From: Laetmonice hystrix
Lineage: Eukaryota
Reading direction: 5' to 3'
NCBI GenBank assembly: GCA_965235115.1
Contig: OZ249436.1
Coordinates: forward strand, 7,998,001-8,062,000
DNA: 64,000 nucleotides
The number at the start of each line of letters is the position of its first letter. The first letter of the stretch is position 1. The notes beneath the pieces are model-generated. The model worked only from the letters and a program-made list of their open reading frames with translations. It ran no database searches and was not told where the DNA came from. Positions 26,530 through 38,641 of the stretch are shown here, piece after piece. The position numbers were made by a program, and so were the translations under genes.

Positions 26530-26574
26530 TATTATGAAATGTCCTATGGACTCAACGTAGAAATGCATAAACAG
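26530..26574 (+). CDS. gro (TLE): groucho exon 4, Q domain (YYEMSYGLNVEMHKQ)
   Basis: Acceptor TTCTTGTTTCAG, donor CAG|GTAAGA, 45 nt. Confidence 0.98.
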
Positions 26575-29500
26575 GTAAGACCTTGTTACATATAATTGGT
26601 TATGATAATCACAGTAGGCCTAATATTAATGAGTAATATACTCATGCCCTGATTACCGAGAACAAATTACTCATTCTGATATTGTGATCAGTGACTTCCC
26701 TGTCAGAAAGACCGAGTGTGCTGCCCTGAGGTGTGGATGGCGGGTGAATTATTTACTGGAACTTTTGATGTACAAAAAAACGTATCTTCTAATGAGCAGG
26801 TCTTCACCTTTGTTTTGTGGGACAATGTTCTGGGGTTGTAGTGGTTGGTGGGAGATGATGGGTATGTAGGATGGTGCCTCATATTGTATGTAAGTGGAAG
26901 CTGTCGTTATGACATATGATCAGCGTTCCACCTGCTCCCTGGACAGAAGTGATGGCGTTCTGGAGTGAGGAACACCCACGAAGCAGAGGCCGTTTTACTT
27001 ATATATACGGGTATATTAATTATTACCGCATGTATGCAGAAGATATATTAACCCTTTCCCAATCACCCAACTGTCACGTGTGCACTAATATGATCCATGG
27101 GGTAAAGTATGTGGGGGGAGGGGGGCTGTGGATGATCCAGGCTGGTGGACTGGTTGGGAGGTGTTGGTCCCACATCAATCTCAACCCACGGTTGCCGGTG
27201 CGGGCCATTGCAGGTCGAGGTGTCAATCACAGGGGGTTCCATGTAAACCGTCCTCTCATTGGCCGTCTTTGATGTGAGGCAGCCAATGGCGTGTGGCTTC
27301 AGAGGAGATTGACAACACGAGCGGTGGGAGCCGGGGTGTGTGTGTCATGTTCAGTGCTTGTTGATGGGCACAAGACTAGTGGTGTAGGGTGTTGGCTTCA
27401 AGTCCACCCAGGCTGCTCTTGGTGAGGGAAGGCGACCAACGGGTTGTGATGGGGTGGGGGGTTCGGCCAAATGCATGGGTTGAAGCATGGGGTCTCCACG
27501 GCAACAGGGCAGAGCTGGCAGTGACATGGTGCAGAGTGCTGCCAGGTCAGGTTACAAGTCGGCAGGCTGAACAGTCAGGGCGAGTGATGAGGCTTGGCAC
27601 GTTGAACCTAGATGTGAGGGTGGGTCGGTTCCTCACTCCCTCCCTCACTCTCTCACTCTCTCACAGGGTGATGAGCTGTGGTGGACATGGAGGTGCCAGA
27701 GGGAGGGGCTGGAGGGTGACCGGTTATAGGAGGGAGTGGGTGGGTGGGTGGGGGGAGGCAGGCCAAGGTGAGAAGCCATGCTGGTCCCGTGCCCTATATC
27801 TTCCCACCAAATCCTTGCCACATGGCAGCAGCAGCCAAAGTGCTGGGCAGCCGGCAGGGAGGCTGAAAGACGGCAGCAGCAGCCGCATCAGCAGCGCACC
27901 CATGTGGCAGGGTTGAGAATCAGGCAGGCGTGCTGCGATAACACGCCAGACACAGGCTAATTGAGCCCATGTTTATGGGCTGCTAAATGAGTGCAGAATT
28001 TTCATCTGTGCGGGTTTCCCCCCTACCGGCTCCTATTCCAGTGGCTTCCAATAGGCCAGCACAGGCCAGGTCATTGGAAACACGTGTTAGGGGTGAGCAA
28101 AGCCGGCCTGGCCCTTTACCACGCCAGGCGCCCAACGTACAGTTAGCGGCTGACGGTGGCCTCCGCCACTCTACAATACTTCTTACTCTATCACCGTCTC
28201 ATGTCAAGGAAAAAATGGGCCGGTAAAACGGAAAAAAAGGACAGGGGGAAAAAATCTGAGATAGCAGAACACACTGAGTTTAAAGGTCACTGCATATTAT
28301 TTAGGTGTGCACCGGTACTGATTTGTTGGTCCGGGGGTGCAGAGACTGGGTCGGGCAGAGTGAAAACCGGAGATCGTGTTTGGCTCCATTGCCACATGTT
28401 AAATAGACCATGTAGATTCTAATTGGTTTGTCCACTAAAAAGCCTATTTAAAGTACAACATACTTAATAAGCATAAAATTGGCTCAAACTTGGCTGCCAT
28501 GTATAACCTGATAGTGATTTATAAAGAACACTAGCCATGCATGGCCTGTCGGTTGCTTGTACCTATTTGAAAAGAAGGGTTCGCGCCCCGAGTTTCTTTA
28601 GAAGTCCAAGCAATCTCTGACTGGGACCTATGGTGAAGGTAGCCCGGAAGACGGCCATACCTAGGACCTCGACTCTGCTGTAGGGGTGTATTTTTTTATG
28701 TTGGATAAAAAGCAATCCCCTTGCCCTAGTTACCCCAGGTCGAGGATTTATTGGTTGGGGTTGCAGACAAGCTTTGCTGGCCGCAGTGATTGGTGCTCCT
28801 AATTAGGCATGACGCTTAGATGTATCAAAGCTAGCACCATGTCTAAAGTAGCACCCTATCAAGGAGTCTGTGTGGCCCCAGCACATTTTGCTGATGTGAA
28901 CATTCCACTGGTGTGCCAAAACATATGGTGTTCATTAAGTGCAGGCAACATGGAAAGGGAAGGAAATTGCCTTTCAAATCATACTCAATACTAGCTCCCT
29001 AAAGTGATGACAGCAAAGCAGCAATTCGAACAGCCCACCCCCCTAAAAAAGAATTATTCTTAGGATATATTATGTGGAATGTTAGTGCATTATTTCCAAG
29101 AAAATACATTATGTGAGTGTGCAGACCAAACTGTTTCATGGTGGTGTTAGAAATTTTCACATGCATGATTGTAAGTAATGGAGATTATATACGACCCCTG
29201 CAACATTATGTTATCAGTTGACATGATTTTCCTTGTACAAAGAAAAAACGCTGAGCATGTGCATGACAACGAACCAACTGTAGAAACTGTGCTTCATATA
29301 TCATTGCAATCTCCTTACTACGTCATTAGGCTAATTATTTCACAGCCTTCCACATGCAATACTGGGCAAAATTGGAAACAGTTGCACATAGCCAATTTGG
29401 CTGCCTTTCCCGTAATTTCATGACAAAATAATGACCTGAACCGGCAAAGAAATTATCATAATTGCTTTTGCTGATGGAGCCTGTTGGTGGCCTGTAAATT

Positions 29501-29639
29501 GTAGGGGGAGGGGGAGCAGGGGAGCAGAGGTTATGTAATTTAGAGTTGTGCATGACTAGTATTGTGTGGAAATTCAAACTTTTTTCTCCTCCAGAAGTTG
29601 TTGATGACACAGTTATCAGTGGTCTGGCATGGGGGGCAA

Positions 29640-29886
29640 TTGGGATCCCTGTTTGTGGAGAAATGACAACAATGTTGGGATCCCTGTTTGTGGAGAAATG
29701 ACAACAATGTTGGGATCCCTGTTTGTGGAGAAATGACAACAATGTTGGGATCCCTGTTTGTGGAGAAATGACAACAATGTTGGGATCCCTGTTTGTGGAG
29801 AAATGACAACAATGTTGGGATCCCTGTTTGTGGAGAAATGACAACAATGTTGGGATCCCTGTTTGTGAAGAAATGACAACAATGTT
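29640..29886. repeat. Minisatellite, 35-nt unit (TTGGGATCCCTGTTTGTGGAGAAATGACAACAATG), ~7 copies
   Basis: Near-identical units in groucho intron 4. Confidence 0.97.
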
Positions 29887-30368
29887 GACAAATGGCAGTG
29901 ATGTCGCTGAAGCAGTTTCTTTCTTACTGCTTGATGGCCATTGCAATTATTATCCCGTGAAGTTGAGAAGTTAGGGTTACATAAGTTGCACCGTTTTAAA
30001 TTTGCCAGAAAGACAATATACTGATATTATTTAGTAGTGAGTGAGGGATTGGTTTGCCAGTCCATCATCGTAATCAATTTTGGTTGGTTAACTTATATTT
30101 GTTGTAACGGATTGTATAGCCGTCGGACCAGAATTATGTTGGATCAATGCTGAGGTATAATATGTCTGACCAGATGGGAACCTTACAACAGGAGCGGGGA
30201 ACAGACAGCACCAAGGGTCAGGGCAGGGGTGGGGTGTAGGTTCACGGAAACATCTGGTATTATCAGCCAGCTGGGTTATATCCCGATGGGTTCATACTGC
30301 TGCAGAATGCGTGCCCTGATTGAATGCATGCTGTTGTTACAACATTTAAACAGGCACGTTTGAGAATC

Positions 30369-30776
30369 TGGCATCTGTCCTGATGTCCACACAGGGCCTT
30401 CTGTGGCATCTGTCCTGATGTCCACACAGGGCCTTCTGTGGCATCTGTCCTGATGTCCACACAGGGCCTTCTGTGGCATCTGTCCTGATGTCCACAGAGG
30501 GCCTTCCGTGGCATCTGCCCTGATGTCCACACAGGGCCTTCTGTGGCATCTGTCCTGATGTCCACACAGGGCCTTCTGTGGCATCTGTCCTGATGTCCAC
30601 AGAGGGCCTTCCGTGGCATCTGTCCTGATGTCCACACAGGGCCTTCTGTGGCATCTGTCCTGATGTCCACAGAGGGCCTTCCGTGGCATCTGCCCTGATG
30701 TCCACACAGAGCCTTAGATCTGTGGCATCTGTTCTGATGTCTACACGGCCTTCTGTGGCATCTGTCATCTGTCCTG
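30369..30776. repeat. Minisatellite, 35-nt unit (GGCATCTGTCCTGATGTCCACACAGGGCCTTCTGT), ~11 copies
   Basis: Direct reading. Confidence 0.97.
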
Positions 30777-31138
30777 CCGGGTCTTTGTTACTTGTGTCTA
30801 TGATGGCTTCAACAAGTTGTCAAGTGGTCAGTGCGAGTTTTCTGTACTCCAGGCATGAGTGAACACAAGGCAATGCCTTGGTTCTAGTACTTGACACGTA
30901 CGATTGGAGTGGACATTGTCCAGTTGGCTGACTAGGCATGCCCTGTATATAACAAGCCAGCCTGATAACAATAGAATCCCTATTCCTCTGTTCTTCTGAC
31001 CACTCAGTATTGTCAAACATTAACCACTGTCCAGGGCAGTTTGATAACAATGAATGATGTCAAAGCTTGAAGCAGTATTGTAATGACCATTACTAATCAT
31101 TTTTTTGTGTGTGTTGAATTTATCCGTTGTAACACCAG

Positions 31139-31811
31139 GTGTTCTGGTCGTAAAAAAACAATGCTTACGTTCAGTGGTTGTTCAACTGTAGTAGTCTCAT
31201 ACAGTTCTGGTTGTAAAAAACAAAAACAACGGTTACGTTCAGAGGTTGTTCGACGGTAGTAGTCTCATACAGTTCTGGTCGTAAAAATACAACGGTTACG
31301 TTTAGTGGTTGTTCAACTGTAGTAGTCTCATACAGTTCTGGTTGTAAAAAACAAAAACAACGGTTATGTTCAGTGATTGCTCAATGGTTGTAGTCTCATA
31401 CAGTTCTGGTTGTAAAAAACAAAAACAACGGTTACGTTTAGTGGTTGTTCAACTGTAGTAGTCTCATACAGTTCTGGTTGTAAAAAACAAAAACAAGGGT
31501 TACGTTCAGTGGTTGTTCAACTGTAGTAGTCTCATACAGTTCTGGTCGTAAAAAACAAAAACAACGGTTACGTTCAGTGGTTGTTCAACTGTAGTAGTCT
31601 CATACAGTTCTGGTCGTGAAAAAAACCCAGTTATGTTCAGTGGTTGTTCAACTGTAGTAGTCTCATACAGTTCTGGTTGTAAAAAACAAAAACAACGGTT
31701 ACGTTCAGTGGTTGTTCAACTGTAGTAGTCTCATACAGTTCTGGTTGTAAAAAACAAAAACAACTACAACGGTTACGTTCAGTGATTGCTCAATGGTAGT
31801 AGTCTCATACA
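31139..31811. repeat. Minisatellite, ~68-nt unit (CAGTTCTGGTTGTAAAAAACAAAAACAACGGTTACGTTCAGTGGTTGTTCAACTGTAGTAGTCTCATA), ~10 copies
   Basis: Direct reading; length varies in the A-rich part. Confidence 0.96.
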
Positions 31812-31997
31812 AAGGGACATTGACGGTCATGTAATAACGGACTTTGTGGACCGGCGAGATTTCTTCTATTTTTATATTTTAAAATTTGTTTTTAAATGGG
31901 GAGGGGGCTGGTAGCAGGCTGATTAATATACCACCGGTGTGTATCATCACGTGACCTCATTGTCTGCTGCAAGATATCGACGTCCAAAAAAAGAACA

Positions 31998-33067
31998 GCG
32001 AGTTTGTGTTGTGGGCAGTGCAGGGCCTGGAGTGGTATACCGACCCGTGTGAACTGGGCAGTGAGTTTGTGTTGTGGGCAGTGCAGGGCCTGGAGTGGTA
32101 TACCGATCCGTGTGAACTGGGCAGTGAGTTTGTGTTGCGGGCAGTGCAGGGCCTGGAGTGGTATACCGACCTGTGTGAACTGGGCAGTGAATTTGTGTTG
32201 CGGGCAGTGCAGGGCCTGGAGTGGTATACCGACCCGTGTGAACTGGGCAGTGAGTTTGTGTTGCGGGCAGTGCAGGGCCTGGAGTGGTATACCGACCCGT
32301 GTGAACTGGGCAGTGAGTTTGTGTTGCGGGCAGTGCAGGGCCTGGAGTGGTATACCGACCCGTGTGAACTGGGCAGTGAGTTTGTGTTGTGGGCAGTGCA
32401 GGGCCTGGAGTGGTATACCGACCTGTGTGAACTGGGCAGTGAGTTTGTGTTGTGGGCAGTGCAGGGCCTGGAGTGGTATACCGACCCGTGTGAACTGGGC
32501 AGTGAGTTTGTGTTGTGGGCAGTGCAGGGCCTGGAGTGGTATACCGACCCGTGTGAACTGGGCAGTGAGTTTGTGTTGTGGGCAGTGCAGGGCCTTGAGT
32601 GGTATACCGACCCGTGTGAACTGGGCAGTGAGTTTGTGTTGCGGGCAGTGCAGGGCGGTATACCGACCCGTGTGAACTGGGCAGTGAGTTTGTGTTGCGG
32701 GCAGTGCAGGGCGGTATACCGACCCGTGTGAACTGGGCAGTGAGTTTGTGTTGCGGGCAGTGCAGGGCCTGGAGTGGTATACCGACCTGTGTGAACTGGG
32801 CAGTGAGTTTGTGTTGCGGGCAGTGCAGGGCCTGGAGTGGTATACCGACCCGTGTGAACTGGGCAGTCAGTTTGTGTTGCGGGCAGTGCAGGGCCTGGAG
32901 TGGTATACATTGTACCGAACTGTGTGAACTGGGCAGTCAGTTTGTGTTGCGGGCAGTGCAGGGCCTGGAGTGGTATACATTGTACCGACCTGTGTGAACT
33001 GGGCAGTGAGTTTGTGTTGCGGGCAGTGCAGGGCCTGGAGTGGTTTACCGACCCGTGTGAACTGGGC
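31998..33067. repeat. Minisatellite, 63-nt unit (GTGAGTTTGTGTTGCGGGCAGTGCAGGGCCTGGAGTGGTATACCGACCCGTGTGAACTGGGCA), ~17 copies
   Basis: 21-aa periodicity in overlapping ORFs on both strands. Confidence 0.97.
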
Positions 33068-35466
33068 TTGTAGCAGGAATAAAAATCGCTTGTGATTGTC
33101 CATTAAACAAAGTCTGCTAACACTGGCCGGACCCCGGTCAGCAGGTCCATATCAGCGCAGGGCGCGCGTGCTCCTTTGTTCTAGGCCTGATTATTCATTA
33201 CAAGCATACTTAATTGACCCCGGCTGACCCCTACTGCCCAGTGACAGCTCAGTTAGTGACCACAGTGTGGTGGACATTCCGTCACGGTCTGTGAGAAGAG
33301 GTCGAGAGCCCGGACGGACGGCGGTCAGACTAGTGGCCATTATGGCCAGCCATTGTCGATCTCAGCAATAGTAACCCCAGCCTATTTGCTTAGTTTGTTC
33401 CCCTCTGTTTATCTTGCACCAGTGCTGGTGTTTCTTGTTTTCCTGGCCAGCCGGCCCCATGCCGTAGAGGACCCGATCCCCACACCGTGGCTAGGGGGCG
33501 GGTGGTTCTTGGAGAGGGCGAGAGGGGCAGAACTCCCCCCCCCCCCCATCTGTTTGCTGTGTCAATATTTGCCTTCGCTTGCCAAATTCCACCCATTGTT
33601 GTCTCGGCAAACAAACCGGCAATGCGCACAAGCCCTGCCTGGTCGGCTGAAAAAATCAATTCATAATTTTCGCTGTGCAAACACCACAGCTGTGTAAATT
33701 AAACCCTCCAAACGGAGCACCACTTGGCCAGCGATTTAGAGCGGTTTGAAGAGCTGTCACTGACTCACCACCTCGCCAGTTTGGGGGCTCTTGTGAAGCA
33801 ATGAAGCCCATTGGCAAACGGTTGTGCCATTTTGCCCATTTCTCCCAGATGCAAGCAGCAGCAGCAGCGGCGCCGGTCGGTGCTGACTCGGGGTGCAAGG
33901 AGAAGCCAGCGGACCCTGTATGCCATACCCACCGGTAGAGGTCGCCCTCAGCTATCCGGTGCACGGCCGCGTAGAATATAGTATGTATGCAGCTCACAGC
34001 TCGCTGCAATGTAATTAGGGGAGCGGCGGGTGCCAAGGGAAGGTGTTATATTGAGGGGTGGGGGTCGTCATTGATCCTCGTATCGGCCTGGTCTGAACGG
34101 CAGGCATTGGTGAAGGCGATGTTGACAGAGTCAGGGCAGGCTGTGCCGGCCCACCACTACTCAAGTACTCTCAAACCCTAGCTATTGATATTATATTAAA
34201 GCTTGCCATTAAGATGCTTGCACTGAAGTGGGTCTGGGCTGCTGGGAGTAGTTGGTGGCGGTAGCACATAATAAGTGGTGCTAGGTGGTCCAGGCGGCAG
34301 GAGTGGGGTGGAGGGTGGGGGTATATAGAGATGGATCTGAAAGCTCCGCAGGGTTGGGTGGGGGTGGGGATGGGGGTGGGGGTGGGGCGTCTCATGAGCA
34401 TATATTACCCGGCCAGAGTGGAGACACCAATCGCTGCTAACAGGAGGGGGTCCTGAGGCTACGACTGGCACCCACTCACACTGCTGAAATCATTGCCACC
34501 ACACTGCCACCGATTTTTTCCCGCCCTCATGGATCGAAGTATATGCTCATGTAAGTGTGAGAAGTAACATCTGCAGACACACCACCCGTGATCTCCCACT
34601 CCTACATCAACAGATAAAATATGACAGGGGGCTGCGTAAAAAAGGAACAGTTGGATTAAATGTCTCTCTGAGGAGAACAATTTAAGAGTCGAGGTACCAA
34701 AAAAGTAAAAACGGAAATCGAGAAGATTAGATTGCATGACAGGCAGCGAACGCCGTTTATTTGGACTCCATGAGAAAAAATTAATATTTTTATAACAACA
34801 GTTTTCAACTTGAATTATGTTGTGAGAAGCGTGTTTGTTTGAAATTTAATGTTGCTCATTAAAACAAAGGGAGGCATTGCTGATCTAAAAACAATATTGC
34901 ACCTTATCCTGTAATGTTTAATAAGCAGTCACCCTTTTTGGATGGGCTGGGGTGCCTGACTGTTGTGTGCTCAGACTCTAGAGAAAGGGCTGTTGAAGAT
35001 TTAAAGATGATTCTGTCATTCTGTAATATGAGATAGCAGTTTGTCACACATTGTCAGTATCAGTTCGCGAAAGTCACCGAAAGGGTCTCGGGGGAGCGAG
35101 CATATGGAAGGCTCCATCGTATTTCATGACGTCCATTTCACTCTGTCTTTTTGTGGCTTGAAAAAGAGGACTGAAATTATGGGTTTTCTACCATTATTTG
35201 ACATGATCATTATGTCGGTGTAAATGGTCTGTGTGGCAGTGCTGGGCTGGGGGGGGGGGGGCAGACGGAGCAGGGGATTGCAATGAGATTAGAGTATGAC
35301 AGTCCCAGGAGCTGGCGTTGTCTCCATTTGGTAGCTGTCTCATGGACCGGTAGGGGGACATTGAAAAACGCCTGATGAGCTGTCACTCATGTTTACAGTG
35401 TGAGCTCGGTGTTCTCCCGATTGTGCTGCCACCTAGCCGGACTTGACGTGCTTGTCGCCATGGCGC

Positions 35467-35525
35467 TGAGTGAGTGAGTGAGTGAGTGAGTGAGTGTCGG
35501 CGGGTGAGTGAATGAATGACTGAGT
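35467..35525. repeat. (GAGT)n / (GAAT)n microsatellite
   Basis: Direct reading. Confidence 0.85.
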
Positions 35526-36107
35526 GTGTGGGGAGGGTGTGTGAAGAGGCCCGCCTCCAGGGGGTGATGGACCACAGGGCCCCTTGCTGTGCATGTCACA
35601 GCCCCAGCACGCACACATACCCAACCCTCCGACACCACACCTCCTGAGCACAGTCCTCCAACCTCCCTCTGCCCGGATTGAAATCAGCGGTGTGAGTTGT
35701 CACACAGGAGGACTCTGGGACGGCACTCCGGGCGGTCATGGCGGTCAAACGCGGTGACCGGGACGCGTTGGTCAGCGTCCGCGATGAGGAATGGGATGAT
35801 GAGGGGGCCTCCAAGGACCTCAGCGTTCATGGCGACATCCACAAGGTAGCGACTATCAACGACGGGCACAATATCTGTGAAAGATCAGAGTTTGATGTTA
35901 ATGATGTCCCTTCGGACCCTTGGAGGCATGAACTCTCTCAGGGACCCCAGGCACGTTTCGCTGAATGGACCAGCTGGCCATTTTGATATCACCGCCTGGG
36001 TCCTAATTAGGATGCGATTTAATTTTATTCCCTTAGTACTATGGCAGGCAATGAAAAACAGCCGCCCTTGGCCAGACTGACTTAGTGGATCACGTGGGTC
36101 ATGTTAT

Positions 36108-36450
36108 AGACTGACTGGGCAGTATATCTGGGTCAATATGGTAGACTGACGGGGCAGTACATCTGGGTCAATATGGTAGTCTGACTGGGCAGTATATCTG
36201 GGTCAGTATGGTAGACTGACTGGGCAGTATATCTGGGTCAGTATGGTAGACTGACTGGGCAGTATATCTGGGTCAGTATGGTAGACTGACTGGGCAGTAC
36301 ATCTGGGTCAGTATGGTAGACTGACTGGGCAGTATATCTGGGTCAGTATGGTAGACTGACTGGGCAGTATATCTGGGTCAGTATGGTAGACTGACTGGGC
36401 AGTATATCTGGGTCAGTATGGTAGACTGACTGGGCAGTATATGTATATTT
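36108..36450. repeat. Minisatellite, 35-nt unit (GACTGACTGGGCAGTATATCTGGGTCAGTATGGTA), ~9-10 copies
   Basis: Period 35 (CTGAC at 36181 and 36216). Confidence 0.96.
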
Positions 36451-38580
36451 GGGTCAATATTGTAGGTCAGGCCGTGTCGATCATCGTTTTCAGGACTTAC
36501 ACTTAAGAGCACGAAGGTAACAGTGAAGTACCCTAACCGTGTTAAAGTTGAGCCTAAGGGTTGACTGTCAACTTCTAGCTTGATAATCTAATATTTTGAT
36601 GATGCGACTAGCGGGTCCGCAATTCCTAAAAGGCAGAGGGCCATATTTGATCATCCCTTTGTGAGGGTGCTCTCAGGTGGTACTAAGGGAATACTGATAT
36701 TGCGTTTGATCCCCCCCCCCTGGTGGAGTATGCCCCAGCAGTCATTGTAACGGTTTCTAACGCCCTCCCATGATCAACCCCAAGGGCCCCGGGGGTATAC
36801 TGGATCTTCCTGCCCTTCCCACGGGGCCAACGTAAGTCGCAAGTCTCTGAGGCAGTTCCTACTGTCCTGGACATCCGGGAGTTTATAGTCAGACATCATG
36901 GTTGAGCTTGCCTGGAATGAGCTGTCAGCTTGCGGGCTTCACGCTCACCTAGGAGTCCGCTAGGGGGACGGTTGGGGGCGTGGGCAAGGGCACACAGTAT
37001 GGAATTAGTATGCTGGGGCCGGGGCCTGGTCTTGAGGCTGCCACTTTGGGACCGGATGTGATTAAGGTGGCAGATCGCCGCATCATTTTAAGTTCATTTA
37101 CACGATACAGCAATCGGGCGAGCCTGCAGTACGGTGATGGGCAGCGCGCCCGTTACACCCACTCATTATTCACTAATTTATAAGTCGGCGGCGCGCCCCC
37201 TTAAGACACCGTCCCCGGATTACGAACTGTATATTAATCTGATTTGATGGACTATCTAACATGCAAAGAAGATATTATAGTGGACGGTGGGAATGGCCCA
37301 CCGTGGGCGATGCCGGTAATGGGCTTAGAGCAAGTCTGATGGCGACCATTAAGCCGGCAGGCTCAGTGTGCGTTGTTTTTAATCTGACCACGTCTCTGCC
37401 CCATGTTCTCGAGTTCGACGTGTGCTTGTAATTTCCCCACGGAACTGTTGCCATTTTTCTAGGTGACTCACAGTCCCGTGGGAGGAGCTTGCAAAATTAT
37501 GTGGCGTTTATCTCTAGTGTAAACGTATTTCACCAGCTCAGGGAGCACTTGCTTTCCATAATAACAGCTTTATGTAAAGCCCTTTTTTTCTGTGGCCCCT
37601 GCATCGAGACGTGTCCATGGGGGACGGAGGGGTAGGGTAACTAGATTATAATGAGGGATGTAGGAGGGGATAGTCTCACACCCAATCCACACCAGTTACT
37701 GGCAACACTGGATCAAAGGCCTTGACACCTGACCGGCTTCGGGCAGTCAACCTCACAGAGGTGAATTTGAATAGGATGAAGGGTCGGGAAAACAAGGCGC
37801 GGCTTTCCAGGAGGTAAAAAACATAGAGATAAATGAACAGTGTCCATAGAATCGCATGCAGTTGCCAGCCAGGGTGATGCACCATGATCGTAGGGGGAAC
37901 TGCATACTTGTGAAATTCATCTTTTTAAGGTTCATCATTCTTCAAACGATGGTTTGAGGCCAAAGTTTTGAAATGTATAGATTAAAGGGTTTCATATTTT
38001 AAAACAAAGTTCTTCGTAATAAGATTTCTTGGATCTTGTATGTTCAAAACCTCTGTCTGGCTAATCCTGATGAGTTGATGGCATCTGAGGCGTTGGCAGC
38101 TAGGCAGAAGTTCCTATGTTTACGTAGTGGTAAAACTCTGCAGGTTTCATGTTCTAATCTTCATTAAAAGGAGGCAGCCTCGCAAGTACAATGGCAGTTG
38201 GCAGGTCGTACCATGCACGCCGAGTAATTGAACCCCCGACGAGACCTCACCACAAGTGATGGTAGTCGTGACCCTGCCATGATGTCTTTTATAGAGGCAC
38301 ACATGGAGTGAATCATGCCACACCTCGCATGTTACCTCCTGGCAAGTATTAACAGGTCTGCAGTACTCGAGACATCTTCCTCTTCATTAACATGCCATTT
38401 CCAGACTCTCTACCTTATCACAATATATTGCTGAAGGACGTTCAAATGAGAAGTGAAGAGTATCGCGAATTCAGAGCTTGATTTAAAAGTTGATTCCAAG
38501 TAGACCGAATTGAAAAACATCTGTTTTAAAATGGTTTGAGTTTTTCCGAGAAAAGCCCCTGAATGACAGACAGCTTGTTG

Positions 38581-38641
38581 GGTCGGTCCACAGCAGGGGG
38601 TCGGCCCACCGCAGGGGGTCGGCCCACCGCAGGGGGTCGGC
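38581..38641. repeat. 18-nt tandem repeat x3 (GCAGGGGGTCGGCCCACC)
   Basis: Copies at 38593, 38611, 38629. Confidence 0.9.

Noticed and set aside
29335-30768. Overlapping minus-strand repetitive ORFs
   Set aside because: Artefacts of two 35-nt minisatellites.
31957-33103. Cys-rich (metallothionein- or keratin-associated-like) and other repetitive ORFs
   Set aside because: 63-nt intronic minisatellite open on both strands; no unique N- or C-terminal domain.
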